The notes below the pieces were generated by a model. It was given only the letters and a program-made list of their open reading frames with translations, ran no database searches and was not told the DNA's origin. DNA of 64,000 bases, from the NCBI GenBank assembly GCA_951406725.2, contig OX597814.1, positions 151,962,001 through 152,026,000 of the forward strand, read 5' to 3'. Positions within the stretch are counted from its first letter, which is position 1. Every line of letters begins with the position of its first letter. Both the position numbers and the translations under genes were made by a program. The stretch is from Octopus vulgaris. Its lineage: Eukaryota. This document shows, piece after piece, positions 13,992 to 26,520 of this stretch.

Positions 13992-16336
13992 CACTGGGCA
14001 ACAGAAAAAAAAAAAAAGATTTATTGTCTGCTACCCAGACAAATGATGCTGTACCAAACTAAATCGAGTACGCTGATTCCGAATCTGAACTCAGAATTGC
14101 TGTAGCATATCATGATTTTGAGTTATGAGCATAATTATATATTTATACGATATTAGAACCAGGAATAGTTAAGTTCAAGATAAATAATTATCATAATAGT
14201 ATATTAGTACTGTATATAGTAAATTTATGTTCAAGGCAAATAGTATTGCAATATAATGGTATATAGTATACTTATGTTAAGGGAATATTAACTTTGTTTT
14301 TGATATGCTCGGCTCAGAAATGTTTGAGACACTTGCTCTTGCGCTTATGCGTCGTGCTGATCTCCCGTTGTAGGAACGAGCAGTAGTCATCCATCATGTG
14401 TGGATTGAACCGGCCTTGATACATCGTTTCCACCTTAAATATGTTCTGATGGAACCTCTCACCATGCTCATCACTAAGGGCACCAAGGTTCGTGGGTAAA
14501 AATCGAGATGAGAATACAAGAAGTGCATTTTGAAGGACATTCGGCATCCCATTCTTCCATACGCTGTTGTTTATTAAATCAGCATAGTTTTCATCCCTAT
14601 GAATGCCAAGAAAGTTCTGTACGACCAACACGAATGAATCCCATGCCGTCAGCTCAATTAGATTCAGTTTACCTCTGAATTTGCTATCAGATACAAATTC
14701 TCTGATCTCGGGTCCAATAAAATGCTTTCAGTTTTGCGTCACTCTTCTCTGCACCAAATTTTACTTTTAGGTGCTGGAAGCCACAGCAATCGTGTGTCAT
14801 TGCTTTTACGAAGCTTTTCATGAGACCGAGTTTGATGTAAAGGGGTGGAAGGAAGATCTTTTGCGGGTCTACCAGTGGCATATGCTGCATATTGTGCCGA
14901 CCAACTATGTGCTCATCTCTTTTAGGCCAGTCTTTTACAGTATAGTGATTGCTGCCGTCGCAGTTGTTCCAAACACAAGAAGCACATATTTTTGGTATAT
15001 TCCAGCTGCAGTTCTAGGAAGAATGAAATCACCTTTAAATCACCACAAATATTCCACTTAAGTACTGAGTAATTAACTCTTTCAGAATGAGTTCCATCGA
15101 TTCTTAAGTTTCTTCCATACCGACATGACCCACAGGAATGGAAGGTTTTTCATTACCATTATGTGACAACACAGCTTTGAGGCTAACCTTACTCGAGTCT
15201 ATAAACAATATCCATTCGTTAGCCACATGCACGATTCCTAGTTTTTGCATGAGTGCATTAACGTCAGTACAGAAACAAGCATTATTTTCTTGCTTGATAA
15301 AGACAGATAAGCCTTCATGGCGAGTACGGAAAATGGAAATTATCGTACCTTACTGTAGGAGATTCCGTTGTTGTAGTTTGGATCCCAAAACTTCTGCCCT
15401 CTCCTTTGGCAATGCTAGGTCTCTAACTAAATCGTTCAAATCTTCTTGATTAAACTAACCTGGCTCGTTTTTCTTAGAATCAACTACGTACTTTTCGTCG
15501 ATGGGGAGCCAGGGCGTTCAGCGTGCGACATGTCAAGATTTTCAATTGAAGCATGTGAGATGGGAACTAGGGCAGAGTTCTCGAAGTCATGTGGGACTAG
15601 TTTTAGAGCCAACTTACAATCTGCATACACAATTTTTGCTTCGGTCTTCATTGAGAAACCACCAGACATGATTGGCTGGTTAACTCTATACCATTGGTAC
15701 AGCAAAAGACATTCCCTTCCGTTTTCCATTCAGCCACAGTGTAAGCCCTGAGTAACACATGGTGCAGCATTTAAGAGGTGCCCACCTCTTGTCTTGGTAT
15801 CCAACTTTACATCCGAAATAATATTTATAGGCAGTTTTTAATTTGGTGGCAATATTTTTCCACTGGACACGCGGAGCAAATTTTCCACAGACATAATAAA
15901 AGTTGTCTGGGTGATTCACACTGTCTCTCCTATTCATGATCAAACACAATGAATACAGTTAAAACAGTAATCACGGAGAGCGAGAGATATACATACCACA
16001 CGTGGCGGCAGCGCAAACGACACGGAGAGTTACCAAGGACATACTGACGTATTGCGCACAATGCACCAGCGCCATCTATTGCTAAACTAAATAATGAACT
16101 TTCTCATCGTTTGTTTTATTGCTGTTATTTCTTTAATTTTGAATTAACACCACTTTCATTTTAGCAAATTTTATACGTCCTATATCTAATTGCAAGTATA
16201 GTTATAATCTTGCGCATGCGCATAATTCAAAATCCTGATGTGTTAGACCAATTCTAAGTGCGGATTCGGAATCAGCATCCCCGATTTAGTCTAAAACATG
16301 CTTTTACCCCAGTAGCAAAATGTTTGTTGTCCAGCG
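13992..16336 (-). mobile_element. Full-length but frameshifted Chapaev3-type (CMC) DNA transposon
   Basis: Transposase pieces YKYYFGCKVGYQDKRWAP..CC..C, PPLYIKLGLMKSFVKA, SDEHGERFHQ..YQGR..MMDDYC. Imperfect ~140-bp TIRs (CACTGGGCAACA... and ...TGTTGTCCAGCG, sharing GCTGATTCCGAATC). TAT on both flanks (13989-13991, 16337-16339). Confidence 0.85.
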
Positions 16337-16576
16337 TATTTTTGAAAACTGTCGTATGTAGGACTTACTACACTTTGGTAAAATGCTAAACCGTTGTACT
16401 AAACTTTAGCAATTTTTTATATCTTAGCATCTGAAGCAGCTGGAGATACGACAGCTTGACCCAAAAAAAAAACAAAAAAAAAACACGGTCTATTGCAAAC
16501 AAAATTAAATATTGAAAAAAAGGAAAAAAACGCATTTGGCCAAATTTGGACTTATGACAGTTTAATATAATAGCGA

Positions 16577-16653
<77 letters not shown>

Positions 16654-16659
16654 TTTATT

Positions 16660-16713
<54 letters not shown>

Positions 16714-16989
16714 GAATGCATATGTGTATTTTATGTATGTATGTATGTATGCCTATGTATCTATATACATACGAATAATATATATATATATATATATATA
16801 TAAACACACACATACACACACACACGCGTGTGTGTGTGTATGATTAGTCAACTAGACACAATTTCTTTGCAGACAATCTCGAAGAATATGTGAAAATATG
16901 AACTGATATGATATACTCAAAGGATATCCGGTAAGGAGTTTGGGCAAGATAAATGTTCATGCCTGATCACAAAGTGAAAAGCGAGTGTG

Positions 16990-17919
16990 GACCGGAGCGT
17001 TGTCCTGCAGGAGGAGGATGCTTTGCTGATCTTGCCCCGCCTCTTGATTTTGATAGCTTCTCTTAATTTCCTCAAAAGTGAAGCATAATAGGCTCCTGTA
17101 ATTGTGGTACCCTTTGCCAGGAAATCTGTCATCACTACTCCGTCCTGGTCCCTGAAGACTGTGAGCATGTCCATGCCAGCGGAGAGCTGCACCCTTGCCT
17201 TCTTTGGGGGAGGTGAGCCACGGTGCTTCCACTGCATTGACTGGGCTTTGGTCTCTGGATCATAGTGGTGGACCCAGGTTTCATCCTGTGTAATCAGTGT
17301 TTTGAAAAATTTTGACTCATCTTGGCACATTTCTAGATTCATCCTCGAGCACACGACGCGTTCTTACTTCTGGAAAGGTGTGAGCAACCTGGAAATCCAC
17401 CTGGCAGACGCTTTGCATATGCAAATGGTCATGAATGATAGTTTCCACAGACCCGGTACTAATCTTGACCTCATGGGCTATTTGGCGAATAGTTATGCGT
17501 CGATCTTCCAAAATGGCAGCCTCAACTTGACGGACAGTTGCCTCATCAATGGCAGAAGGGGGGCGACCAGATCTGGGAGCTGTTTCCACAGAGTTCCGAC
17601 CATGTTTGAATTCACGATGCCAGCGTTTTACAAGGTCATATGATTGGGCATCATCACCATAAGTTACTTTCATTTCATCAAAAGTCTCCCGTGGTGTGCG
17701 TCCTTTCAAATACAAAAACCGGATCACTGCTCGACACTCAACAGGCTCCATTTCACACTTGACTCGGTTCAAACACCTGTAAATCAGAAACCACAATTAG
17801 TTCAGAGCTGTAATTTGCCACTTAATCTATAGAGATATAAATAATTGAACATGCAAAATTTCAGCTAGATCAAACAACTGCAAGTGGGCCAGAGGCATTA
17901 TTTATTGAACGTCCATCGT
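16990..17919 (-). mobile_element. Mariner (DD34D) transposase pseudogene, 3'-truncated
   Basis: HTH region (PRSGRP), DETWVHHYDPETK, QDNAPVH, with frameshifts between the ORFs. 5' TIR-like tacgatggacgttcaataaataatgc at about 17894-17919. Confidence 0.88.
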
Positions 17920-18703
17920 ACAATTTGTATACTGAACCAGTACTCAAACCAACAACTGAGCTTGTTGATTGAGTGCTATATGAGATCCAGCTCATTGATA
18001 GTAAAAGTACTGAGTGACACTCGAAATTTACACATCAGTAGTGATATTGGCTGCGATCACCTGAAATGAGGACAATGAGACATCTTTTGAATGTCGCATC
18101 ATATCCTTCTGGCAGTTTCTATTAAACTACCAAGCATTGAGCTGCATCCGTAAAGTAAAAAATGCTTACATGAAACAAACAGTAACATGAGAGTTGGAAA
18201 GGAGCCCCTCGTATATAATTCCTGATCGATGACCAATAATACACAAGCAGGAAATTTGCCGTTCTAACGCAGTGTAACGTCAGCCGATAGGCTTTTTGCT
18301 TACTTTTGGAAGTTTATGCGTGATTACTTTATCAGAAAAGATGAGTAACAGCAACATAGATAATCAGGAGTAGTCTTTCTTGGGTCAGCACACATTAAAT
18401 CTTTGAAAGATTCGTTTTGAAATACAGGAACAAAAGATGATAACATAATATCCGATGCACGAAAGAGATAAAGATACAAAAAGAAAAAAGAAAAAAAGGA
18501 GACCTAGATAAAACAACTAATGTAGACTGTGAAATTAACAACGATGAAGTGACCCACATCACATATACATCTGTCTTGATATGTCTACAAAATACTATCA
18601 ACCGATGAGAGATGATGTAATGAACAAACGCTATAAAATGTAATCTGTGAATAAATAGTCCAGAAAATCAAAATATATCTATAATATAATAGAATACTGT
18701 GTA

Positions 18704-18935
18704 AGGCGGCGAGCTGGCAGACACGTTAGCGCGCTGGGCGAAATGCTTAGCGGTATTTCGTCTGCCGTTGCATTCTGAGTTCAAATTCTGCCGAGGTCGA
18801 CTTTGCCTTTCATCCTTTCGGGGTCGATATATTAAGTACCAGTTACGCACTGGGGTCGATGTAATCGACTTAATCCCTTTGTCTGTCCTTGTTTGTCCCT
18901 TCTATATTTAGCCCCTTGTGGGTAATAAAGAAATA
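18704..18935 (+). mobile_element. Family-A SINE (young, near-complete)
   Basis: Nearly identical to the copies at 7088 and 23191, with tail AGCCCCTTGTGGGTAATAAAGAAATA. Confidence 0.85.
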
Positions 18936-19069
18936 ATATAATATAATACTGGGCTGTTCCTATTAAAACCTATTTAAAATGAAGCACGATATACCAGATA
19001 ATAATCAGAAGATAAGGAAGACTGTAGCCAAAAGTAACAATCAACTGCCCCGCAGATATATTCTTTTAT

Positions 19070-19480
19070 TCATTTACTTGTTTCAGTCATTTGACTGTGG
19101 CCATGCTGGAGCACCACCTTTAGTCGAGCAAATCGACCCTAGGACTTATTCTTTTTAAGCCTAGTACTTATTCTATCAGTGTCTTTTGCCAAGCCGCTAA
19201 GTTACGGGGACGTAAACACACCAGCATCGGTTGTCAAGCGATGTTGGGGGGGGGGGCAAAGACAGAACATATACGTATACACACACACACATATATATAC
19301 ATATATATATATACACACACATATATACCACGGGATTCTTTCAGTTTCCGGCTACCAAATCCACTCACAAGGCTTTGGTCGGCCCGAGGCTATAGTAGAA
19401 GACACTTGCCCAAGGTTCCATGCAGTGGGACTGAACTCGGAACCATGTGGTTCGTAAGCAAGCTACTTACCACCCAGCCA
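19070..19480 (-). mobile_element. tRNA-headed SINE, family B (CORE-like block, internal microsatellite)
   Basis: Minus-strand head TGGCTG..TGGTAAG...GAGTTCAGTCCC, then CCTTGGGCAAGTGTCTT, an internal (TA)/(TG) tract and a tail ending GACTGAAACAAGTAAA. Other copies at about 22095, 28845, 32300, 44255, 44735, 45805 and 48414. Confidence 0.85.
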
Positions 19481-19723
19481 ATACATACGCACATTAAATT
19501 CATATTACTCATTATAGATGATTATATGTTTTGCTTGGTATAAAATTTTCAAACGAATGAAAATTTGTTGTAGCTGATAGAGCTTACAGTTTAAAATGGA
19601 TGAACCATTTAAAGCGATGCTACTTCAAATATAAGCATAAAGTATATTTTGTAAAGAATGGGAAAAGGGAATATAAGGAGTAGGAAGAGTGTGGTTAGAC
19701 AGTGTCGGAAGAAGAAAAAGAAA

Positions 19724-19756
<33 letters not shown>

Positions 19757-19885
19757 GTGCATGTGTCTGTGTTTGTCTCCTCACCACTGCTTGACAACCG
19801 GTGTTGGTGTGTTTGTATCCCTGTAAACTAGCGGTTCGGCACAAGGGACCGATAGAAAAAATACCGGGCTTAAGAAATAAAATAA

Positions 19886-21830
19886 GTGCTGGAGAAAAAG
19901 GGTAGAGCAGTGCTATGCGGATCCCCGAAAACGATCATCAGGTTAAAAAGATGGTCGCACTTGCGGTGGGTGCGAGTACCAAGATCACTTCCAAGGGCCA
20001 CATATCTAAGTTTAATAACGATATATACGCCCGAGAGGAAGGTGCTGCCATCGGTATCAGTATCGCTGGCGATGTGGCTAACCTATTTATGTGCATGGTG
20101 GGAGAGGAGACTCAAAGAGAAATTAGGAGAGGACTCCATAACCCTAACCATATACTCCCGTTATGATATCAACATAATAGCCAAAGCACCTCTGCATGAC
20201 AATGTTGATGATCTAGAAGCTAACACTATGGAGAGCATCCAGCAAATAGCTAACTCCATCACCCAGAGTATCAAAGTAAAGATAGACTATCCTAACAGAC
20301 CCATTAACTATAGACTACCAGCTTTAGACACAGAACTAAGCTTAGAAACCGAGAACAATAAAGTCCAGATCCTCCATTCCCATTATGCTAAGCCCATGGC
20401 CTCCGAATACCTTGTCCATAAGAACGCAGCCATGGCGGACAACGCCAAGTTCAATATTCTTATAGCTGACTTAGTGAGAGTGATGAGGAATGTGTTTCGC
20501 ATGTGCGACCCTATGGAAGTGGAAAGACACATACAACACTTCATCCGCTGTATGCAATTCTCCGGCTACAACCAAAGAGACAAGATTGGAGTGTACAAAG
20601 GAGCCAAGGTCAAGTACAAAGCCATTACAGAAAGTGATGCAAAGGGAATCTCCCCGCTATACAGGAGTAAATCCTGGAACAGCAAAGACAGGACCAGAAA
20701 AAAGATAGATAAGGCCAACTCATAGTATAACAACAAAAAATACCAAGTGTCATGTTCGTTGATGATACTCCAGGCGGCGAACTAGCATACCTTTTTAGAA
20801 AAAAAACATTTGATAAGGCTAGTCTACGGATTAAAGTAGTAGCAAGGCCTGGTGCCCCTATAAAATCCCTGACCTGTAGAACTTATCCCATGTACGGAGA
20901 ACAATTGGATTGTATGTAGGATGAACCCACAGGTTAACTGTAAGGTTAGAAATATAGTGTATAGCTTACGTTATACTGAGGGACGGTGCAGAAGCATGAC
21001 AACTATTTACATTGGAGAGACAGCATGCGGTACAAGAGCTCAAAGAGAAAGGCTCCTCGGTGCTCTACCAACATGCTCAAGCAGAACATAAAGACTCAGT
21101 CAATAGCAAAGAGGTCAAAGCATTATCAACGCTTAGAACTGACACGACACTTAGACAGATCACAGAGGCTACACACATAGCATTAGACAGACCGAGCCTC
21201 AACAGAAAACACGAATGAAAAATAACACCCATCACCACACCACACAACATGACGACTAAAGATTAAGACTGAAGGTTGAAAAGAAAAAAAACAGATACAA
21301 ACATCCAATAGACATATATACACATATATACATATAGACATATATACACACACCTATGATAAATAATTAAAAAAATAGAGACAGTAAAATAAAGAACAAA
21401 ATAAAAAAAACTGTATGAAGGCCACAGATACAAACAGCATAAGAAGCGAGCGGACCCATATAAACAAACACACAACAACACGATGGCAGCAGCATGGGCG
21501 AAAACACAAACACAGTGAGTTACACGAACGGTACATAAAGTAGTGTTCAAGGGCAGCACCAGCGGCTACGGGGTAGCGGACGGGGCTGAGGGGAGGGGCT
21601 GAGTGCTACAAAGAACAATAACACACGCGCGAGCACAAACACACATACACAGACGCATGTGCATAAAAGGAGACACATCATAGAAGAACAGAATAGAATA
21701 AGCAGAGCAAGAGCACATACGAAGACGGAAAATGCCGCTGAAGAGGTCACAAATGTGTGACGAAAGATTTCTGGTCATTGTAATAAACGAATATACAGCG
21801 CGTGTGTTTATTTGGCAAAAAAAAATGACC
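19886..21830 (+). mobile_element. Penelope-like element (RT + GIY-YIG endonuclease, decayed) with 3' terminal repeat region
   Basis: GAAIGISIAGDVANLFM (RT), LPALD..HYAKPMAS (thumb), CKVRNIVYSL...YIGET and QITEATHI..P.LNRKHE (GIY-YIG), spread over shifted frames. A hammerhead and AATAAA follow downstream. Confidence 0.85.
21731..21779 (+). ncRNA. Type I hammerhead ribozyme in the PLE 3' terminal repeat
   Basis: AATG-CCG | CTGAAGA-G | GTCACA-aatg-TGTGAC | GAAA-G-AT-T-T-C | TGG-T-CATT. Intact core, perfect 6-bp stem II, minimal stem III, paired stem I. Predicted cleavage after C21771; AATAAA at 21782-21787. Confidence 0.75.
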
Positions 21831-21974
21831 GTACCGAAATACACCAATATATATATATATATATATATAGTGTTAATCCAAACGTGAAAACACAAAGAGA
21901 AAACACAACAACGCGAGGACGTGGAACAAGTATAGTGTTATTGGACGCTCAAGAAAGGAAAGTAAGTAGGAGGA

Positions 21975-22006
21975 TTTAACATTTCGAACGGATTCTTCGT
22001 CAGAAA
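21975..22006 (-). ncRNA. Minimal hammerhead-like motif (slightly mutated) in a separate ~200-bp module
   Basis: Minus strand reads TTT-CTGACGA-A-GA-atccgt-TC-GAAA-TG-TT-AAA. Core intact, stems short and imperfect. Confidence 0.5.
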
Positions 22007-23190
22007 CATAGGAAAAGGAAAGATCCAAGGAAGGGAAGACGGAGGGCAAAAAATCGCCAACGATACACACGCAGTCACATTTTGAATATATATATACAAC
22101 GGGCTTTCAGTTTCCGTCTACCAAATCTACTCACAAGCTTTGGTCAAGGCTATAGTAGAAGACACTTGCCGATGGTGCCACGCAGTGGAACCGAACCCAG
22201 AATTATGTGGTTGGGAAGCAAGCTTCCTACCACACAGCCACACCTCTACAGTGGGAGAAATAAGAGTTTTAGGTAGACAGGGAGGTAGTGATATGAATAA
22301 GATAGGGGGAAAGATTTAGACAGTGTCTTATTTTCCTCTATAAATCAAGTGAGAGAGTGAAGGCAGAGAGAGAAGAGACAGAGATATATAAATTTGACTT
22401 CTATGCAAAGTGAACGGGAATACATAAATTGAATAGTGAAATTAAATAGTGTTAATTCTGGCAAATGGATCTATAATCAACAATTTATAAATCTAATTAT
22501 AATTAAAGGAATAAATAAAAATATGAAAATCAACGCTTCCGAGATGTAGTAGATGTCAAGAAGAAATTTAGATTGGTTACAACAGCACCAGACATTAAAT
22601 CACCAATATTGCAGGTCAGCAATCTCAAAAGTAACGTAGGAGGGTAAAGGAGAAGAGTAAGAAGAACTAGGGAAAAAGTAGAAGTAGAGGGAGGAGGGAG
22701 GAGGAGGAGGAGGAGGAGAAGAAGAAGAAGAAGAAGAAGAAGAAGGAGGAGGAGGAGGGGGAGGAGGAGGAGAAGAAGAAGTGGATAGAGGAGAAGAAGA
22801 GAAGGGATGGGGCGAAAGGTAGAAAAGCTACAAATATATATAAATGCATGTACAATATAAATAGTGCAAGTTAAACGAAAGGCAGTGAAAGTTCTTTTTA
22901 TAAATGGAAATTAAGCAAATGTAAGCTGCAGGTTTAATGATAAGATTAAAGATAAACTAACTACAACTACTTGGTGCTGTACTAACCAACCTATAGTTTT
23001 TCTTGACATCTAGAAGTATAAGATTTCCACCTCTACTTGTTTATGCATACGTTTAGCTTCACTTAAAACTTTATCGTTAATTATATTTATAGCGTGACAC
23101 TTTGATCGAAGCTGAAGAGCCCTTGTCGGTTGAATGTCTGTGTTTGAGTTCAATCTTCAGTGAAATGCACTGCCGCTGTGTGTTTCTTAA

Positions 23191-23700
23191 AGGCGGCAAG
23201 CTGGTAGAAACGTTAGCACGCCGGGCGAAATGCGTGGCGGTATTTCGTCTGCTGTTACGTTCTGAGTTCAAATTCCGCCGAGGTCGACTTTGCCTTTCAT
23301 CCTTTCGGGGTCGATAAATTAAGTACCAGTTACGCACTGGGGTTGATGTAATCGACTTAATCCGTCTGTCTGTCCTTGTTTGTCTCCTCTGTGTTTAGCC
23401 CCTTGTGGGTAGTAAAGAAATAGGTATTTCGTTTGTCTTTATGTTCTGGGTTCAAATTTCGCCGAGGTCGACTTTGCCTTTCATCCTTTCGGGGTCGATA
23501 AATTAAGCATCAGTTATGCACTGAGGTCGATATAACTGACTTAATCCATCTGTCTGTCCTTGTTTGTCTCCTCTGTGTTTAGCCCCTTGTGGGTAGTAAA
23601 GAAATAGGTATTTCGTTTGTCTTTATGTTCTGGGTTCAAATTCCACCGGGGTCGACTTTGCTTTTCATCCTTTCGAGATCGATAAATTAAGTACCAGTTC
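23191..23700 (+). mobile_element. Family-A SINE with tandemly reiterated body/tail
   Basis: One head, then a ~183-bp segment (GGTATTTCG...AAGAAATA) repeated, with a third partial copy. The same arrangement occurs on the minus strand at about 50465-50856. Confidence 0.8.
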
Positions 23701-24116
23701 GTTTCATCTATAGTTTCCCATATACTTTGACTCTTTTCTCCACTCACTGTACAAAACATATGTATACCTTTGTTTTTCTCCGCTCATAACACTCTCTCTA
23801 CTCTTTATATTCTCATCTCCCACTAGGTTAAGATTATTTTATCTTATTCTAATCATTTTAATTTATATAGTAATATAATTCTCGATGTCCAACATCGTCT
23901 TGAGTCCTTTTGTTAGGAGTGACATCTGTTCATAAATAGCTATTGAAGCATATACACATATGCAGCTATCTTCTTCACATTCCAAAGAAGGAGCTTTATT
24001 TTGAGATTGGAAACCGAGTTTTGTTGATAGGTGAAAAATGTTAAAACCAAAACCGTATATACACATACATATATACACATACATACATACATACATACAT
24101 ACATACATACATACAT

Positions 24117-24177
<61 letters not shown>

Positions 24178-24921
24178 CACACACATTTACATATATGCAC
24201 ATGCATATGTATGTATGTGTGTTTATGCATGCGTGTGTATGCGTGTATCGGTTGGGGTGCATGTGTGTGTTAGTACATGTATATCGAGTTAGTATCTAAG
24301 CACTTCAATTATATTCACTGAATTTAAAAGTTCAAATATCAACACTAGTATTTAATTACAATGCAGTAGTCATAAGTGGAATGGAATGAGTTGGCGTATG
24401 TATAAATTGGCTAAAACAAATGTCGAAAGTAACTTATTTAGACTAGTTAAAAAGCAACGGTTTTACAGATGTTTTAATTTCTGCATCTGTTTCATAATCT
24501 TCCATATAATTAATATATAAAAGTACATCATGAATTCATTTAGACATGCCAGATAAACAGTTTCATCAGGAAATAAAATTGAGATATGAAAATCAAAGCA
24601 CCGCTGTTGTTTTTGATATGACATAAGCGAGACAGAGTGAAGCAAAAGAGTGATAAAATAAAACAGCAATTGTATTTTTATTTTCATATTTGAATTCCAT
24701 TTCCTGATGGAACGGTTTATCCATCGCAATTAAATAAATTAATTATGTGTTTTTATATGTTATTTAAGTAATTATACGGATGGTGATTCTCGTATTCTAA
24801 TCGCTGAAGCAGCTGTAGAAGCATTTCTGAAACCTGCTTTTTTACTAATATACATACACGCACACATACATACAAGCACACATAAAGGCATGTATGTGTT
24901 TAAGTTTGTGTGTGTGCGTGT

Positions 24922-24957
<36 letters not shown>

Positions 24958-25199
24958 GTGTGAATAGCATTCGACACGTTTTGTAGGGTTTATATTTATT
25001 TGTATGAAGAATATGCCCAAATTCACACTATCAAAAGTTTCATAGATGTGAAAGTAAAATTGCATGTCGTTTGGTGGCTTGATTCTATTCAGAGCTGTTA
25101 GACAGGGTCAGCTGTCCTGGATAAGAATTATGGCTCGTATTCATTGACTAGTTTTGGTCACGCGGTGAAGCTAATAACTGTCAAAAAACTACTGAATGC

Positions 25200-26520
25200 T
25201 GGCTAGATTTGATACTGGCTAGCAGGAGGATCAGTGACTAGTGACTGATGGACAGTGTTTTGACTAATGATTACAGTATCAGGTGCAAAGTTGAGGATTG
25301 TAGAAAAACTATAAAGTACCAGCGGCAAAGGTTGATAACTTGAAATTAGTTCCGTTATTGACAGTAGGAAAACAGACCATACCTCGTATAAAGGTTAACA
25401 GTAGGCAGTTGATACATGTAGAGTAAGACTATATGAGATAGTATTAACAGCTTGTGATTTAAAATCAGTCAATTGATTGTGGTAACAGAATAACAGCTCA
25501 GTTTTCTTGTTAAGTGATACATCGAGTTGCTGCAATATGTGCAATTTTTCGCGCACACGAGAGTAATTGCAATATATTCTGGGTGATTAGTGGGGTACTT
25601 TGCCTAGAATGCGCAGAAAAAAATTACCGAGTTTATTTCGCCATAAAATTCTTTACAAAGATAACCAGGAACTTCAAATGCACAATTAGGCAACACTTCC
25701 CAAGCACACACAAATATAATTTTTTTTATTGCGCATAATTTTAAGATGAGCTACTCCTTCATCGGCAATGTTACACTCAATATTGCTCACCACAACAGGA
25801 AAAACATATACCTATGCACATATTACACTAAGCACCCACATGAAATTGCTGAAATTAAACCATCTGCTTATTGGTAGAATTCTGACTAACGAGTAGAGGG
25901 CTATAGGATGACTCTCTCTACATACGATACTGTTCTAGGACTTAAAGCTATTGTGTTCAAGGGAAAATTTACCAAATACATGCATTCAATCAGAGACTAA
26001 GAAAATATTGCTTACCTGACTTGTTTTATCCAGTGACTGCGGGACCAAAGAATCGTTCAATAACGTGGACCATTCTCCACAACACACACCTTATTCTCTT
26101 GGGACAAACAGTTGTCACTTTTGTTTCAGCAAAAAATTGTACATGTTGCTACAACAGATGTATCCCTTAACAAGAAAGCGCTAAATCACCATTCTATGAC
26201 TACAAGCAGGTCCCCTTACATGCTAACCACGAGCTGTTTATATCATCGCATAAATTATTGCCATATACATGTCAATAGCTCGCAACTTTCTATTAATTCC
26301 TCTACACTAGATATGAACTATACGAAGACTGAAACTATTTCCAAGTTATTAACCTTTACTTATACCTGCATAAATAGTTTATAATCCACCACAAATTTAC
26401 TTCAAATACTGAAAATATGTCAATAGATCAAGAGAGGCTACTTCTGAACATCATCCATTAGTCGCCTGCCACTGATCCTATTATCATCCACTGGTTAGTA
26501 GCAGCCACTATCTACTAGCA
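25200..26520 (+). mobile_element. Old Penelope-like 3' fragment with an inverted copy of its own 3' end on the left
   Basis: Plus-strand remnants IRQHFPSTHKY / KMSYSFIGNVTLNIAHHNRK and LGTNSCHFCFSKK..SLNKK resemble the PLE linker and GIY-YIG C-terminus. About 25225-25570 is a diverged reverse complement of about 26110-26480. Confidence 0.6.
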
